Shown here piece after piece: positions 22,293 to 22,332 of a stretch of DNA of 22,332 nt. A program made the position numbers and the translations under genes. Below the pieces are notes generated by a model that saw only the letters and a program-made list of their open reading frames with translations, made no database searches and was not told the origin of the DNA. This DNA comes from Tubiluchus corallicola. Taxonomy: Eukaryota > Animalia > Priapulida. Within the stretch, counting starts at the first letter, position 1. Every line of letters starts with the position of its first letter. The DNA lies in NCBI GenBank assembly GCA_030141605.1, contig JAQGDQ010001886.1, forward strand, positions 1 to 22,332. The letters run 5' to 3'.

Positions 22293-22332
22293 GGAATAAG
22301 AACAAATCACATTTTCAGGCAACACTTTTAAA

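Overview
AT-rich metazoan (probably invertebrate) genomic DNA. The only supportable protein-coding gene is a plus-strand, spliced PRD-class (paired-like, Q50) homeobox gene resembling ISX. It has four phase-compatible coding exons (6973-7462, 8992-9165, 9829-9983, 13022-13162; 320 codons) and the PRD-class intron between homeodomain codons 46 and 47. Its 3' end is either read-through to a stop at 13177 or an exon I could not locate. The rest is repeat-rich: 40-, 12-, 36- and 51-bp tandem arrays, tRNA-derived SINE pieces, an 8-bp-TSD hAT-type MITE, two CR1-like LINE 3' ends, TTAA-AGG (Kolobok-like) relics and a Gypsy-type LTR with a tRNA-Leu PBS. The most notable structures are (i) an inverted pair of Penelope-type minimal hammerhead ribozyme motifs (1491-1822); (ii) two large near-perfect inverted duplications just after exon 4 (0.9-kb and 1.57-kb arms), the second with a sharp step in arm identity; and (iii) a tandemly repeated LTR-end/PBS junction in the loop of the first palindrome. 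No evidence of prokaryotic systems or CRISPR.
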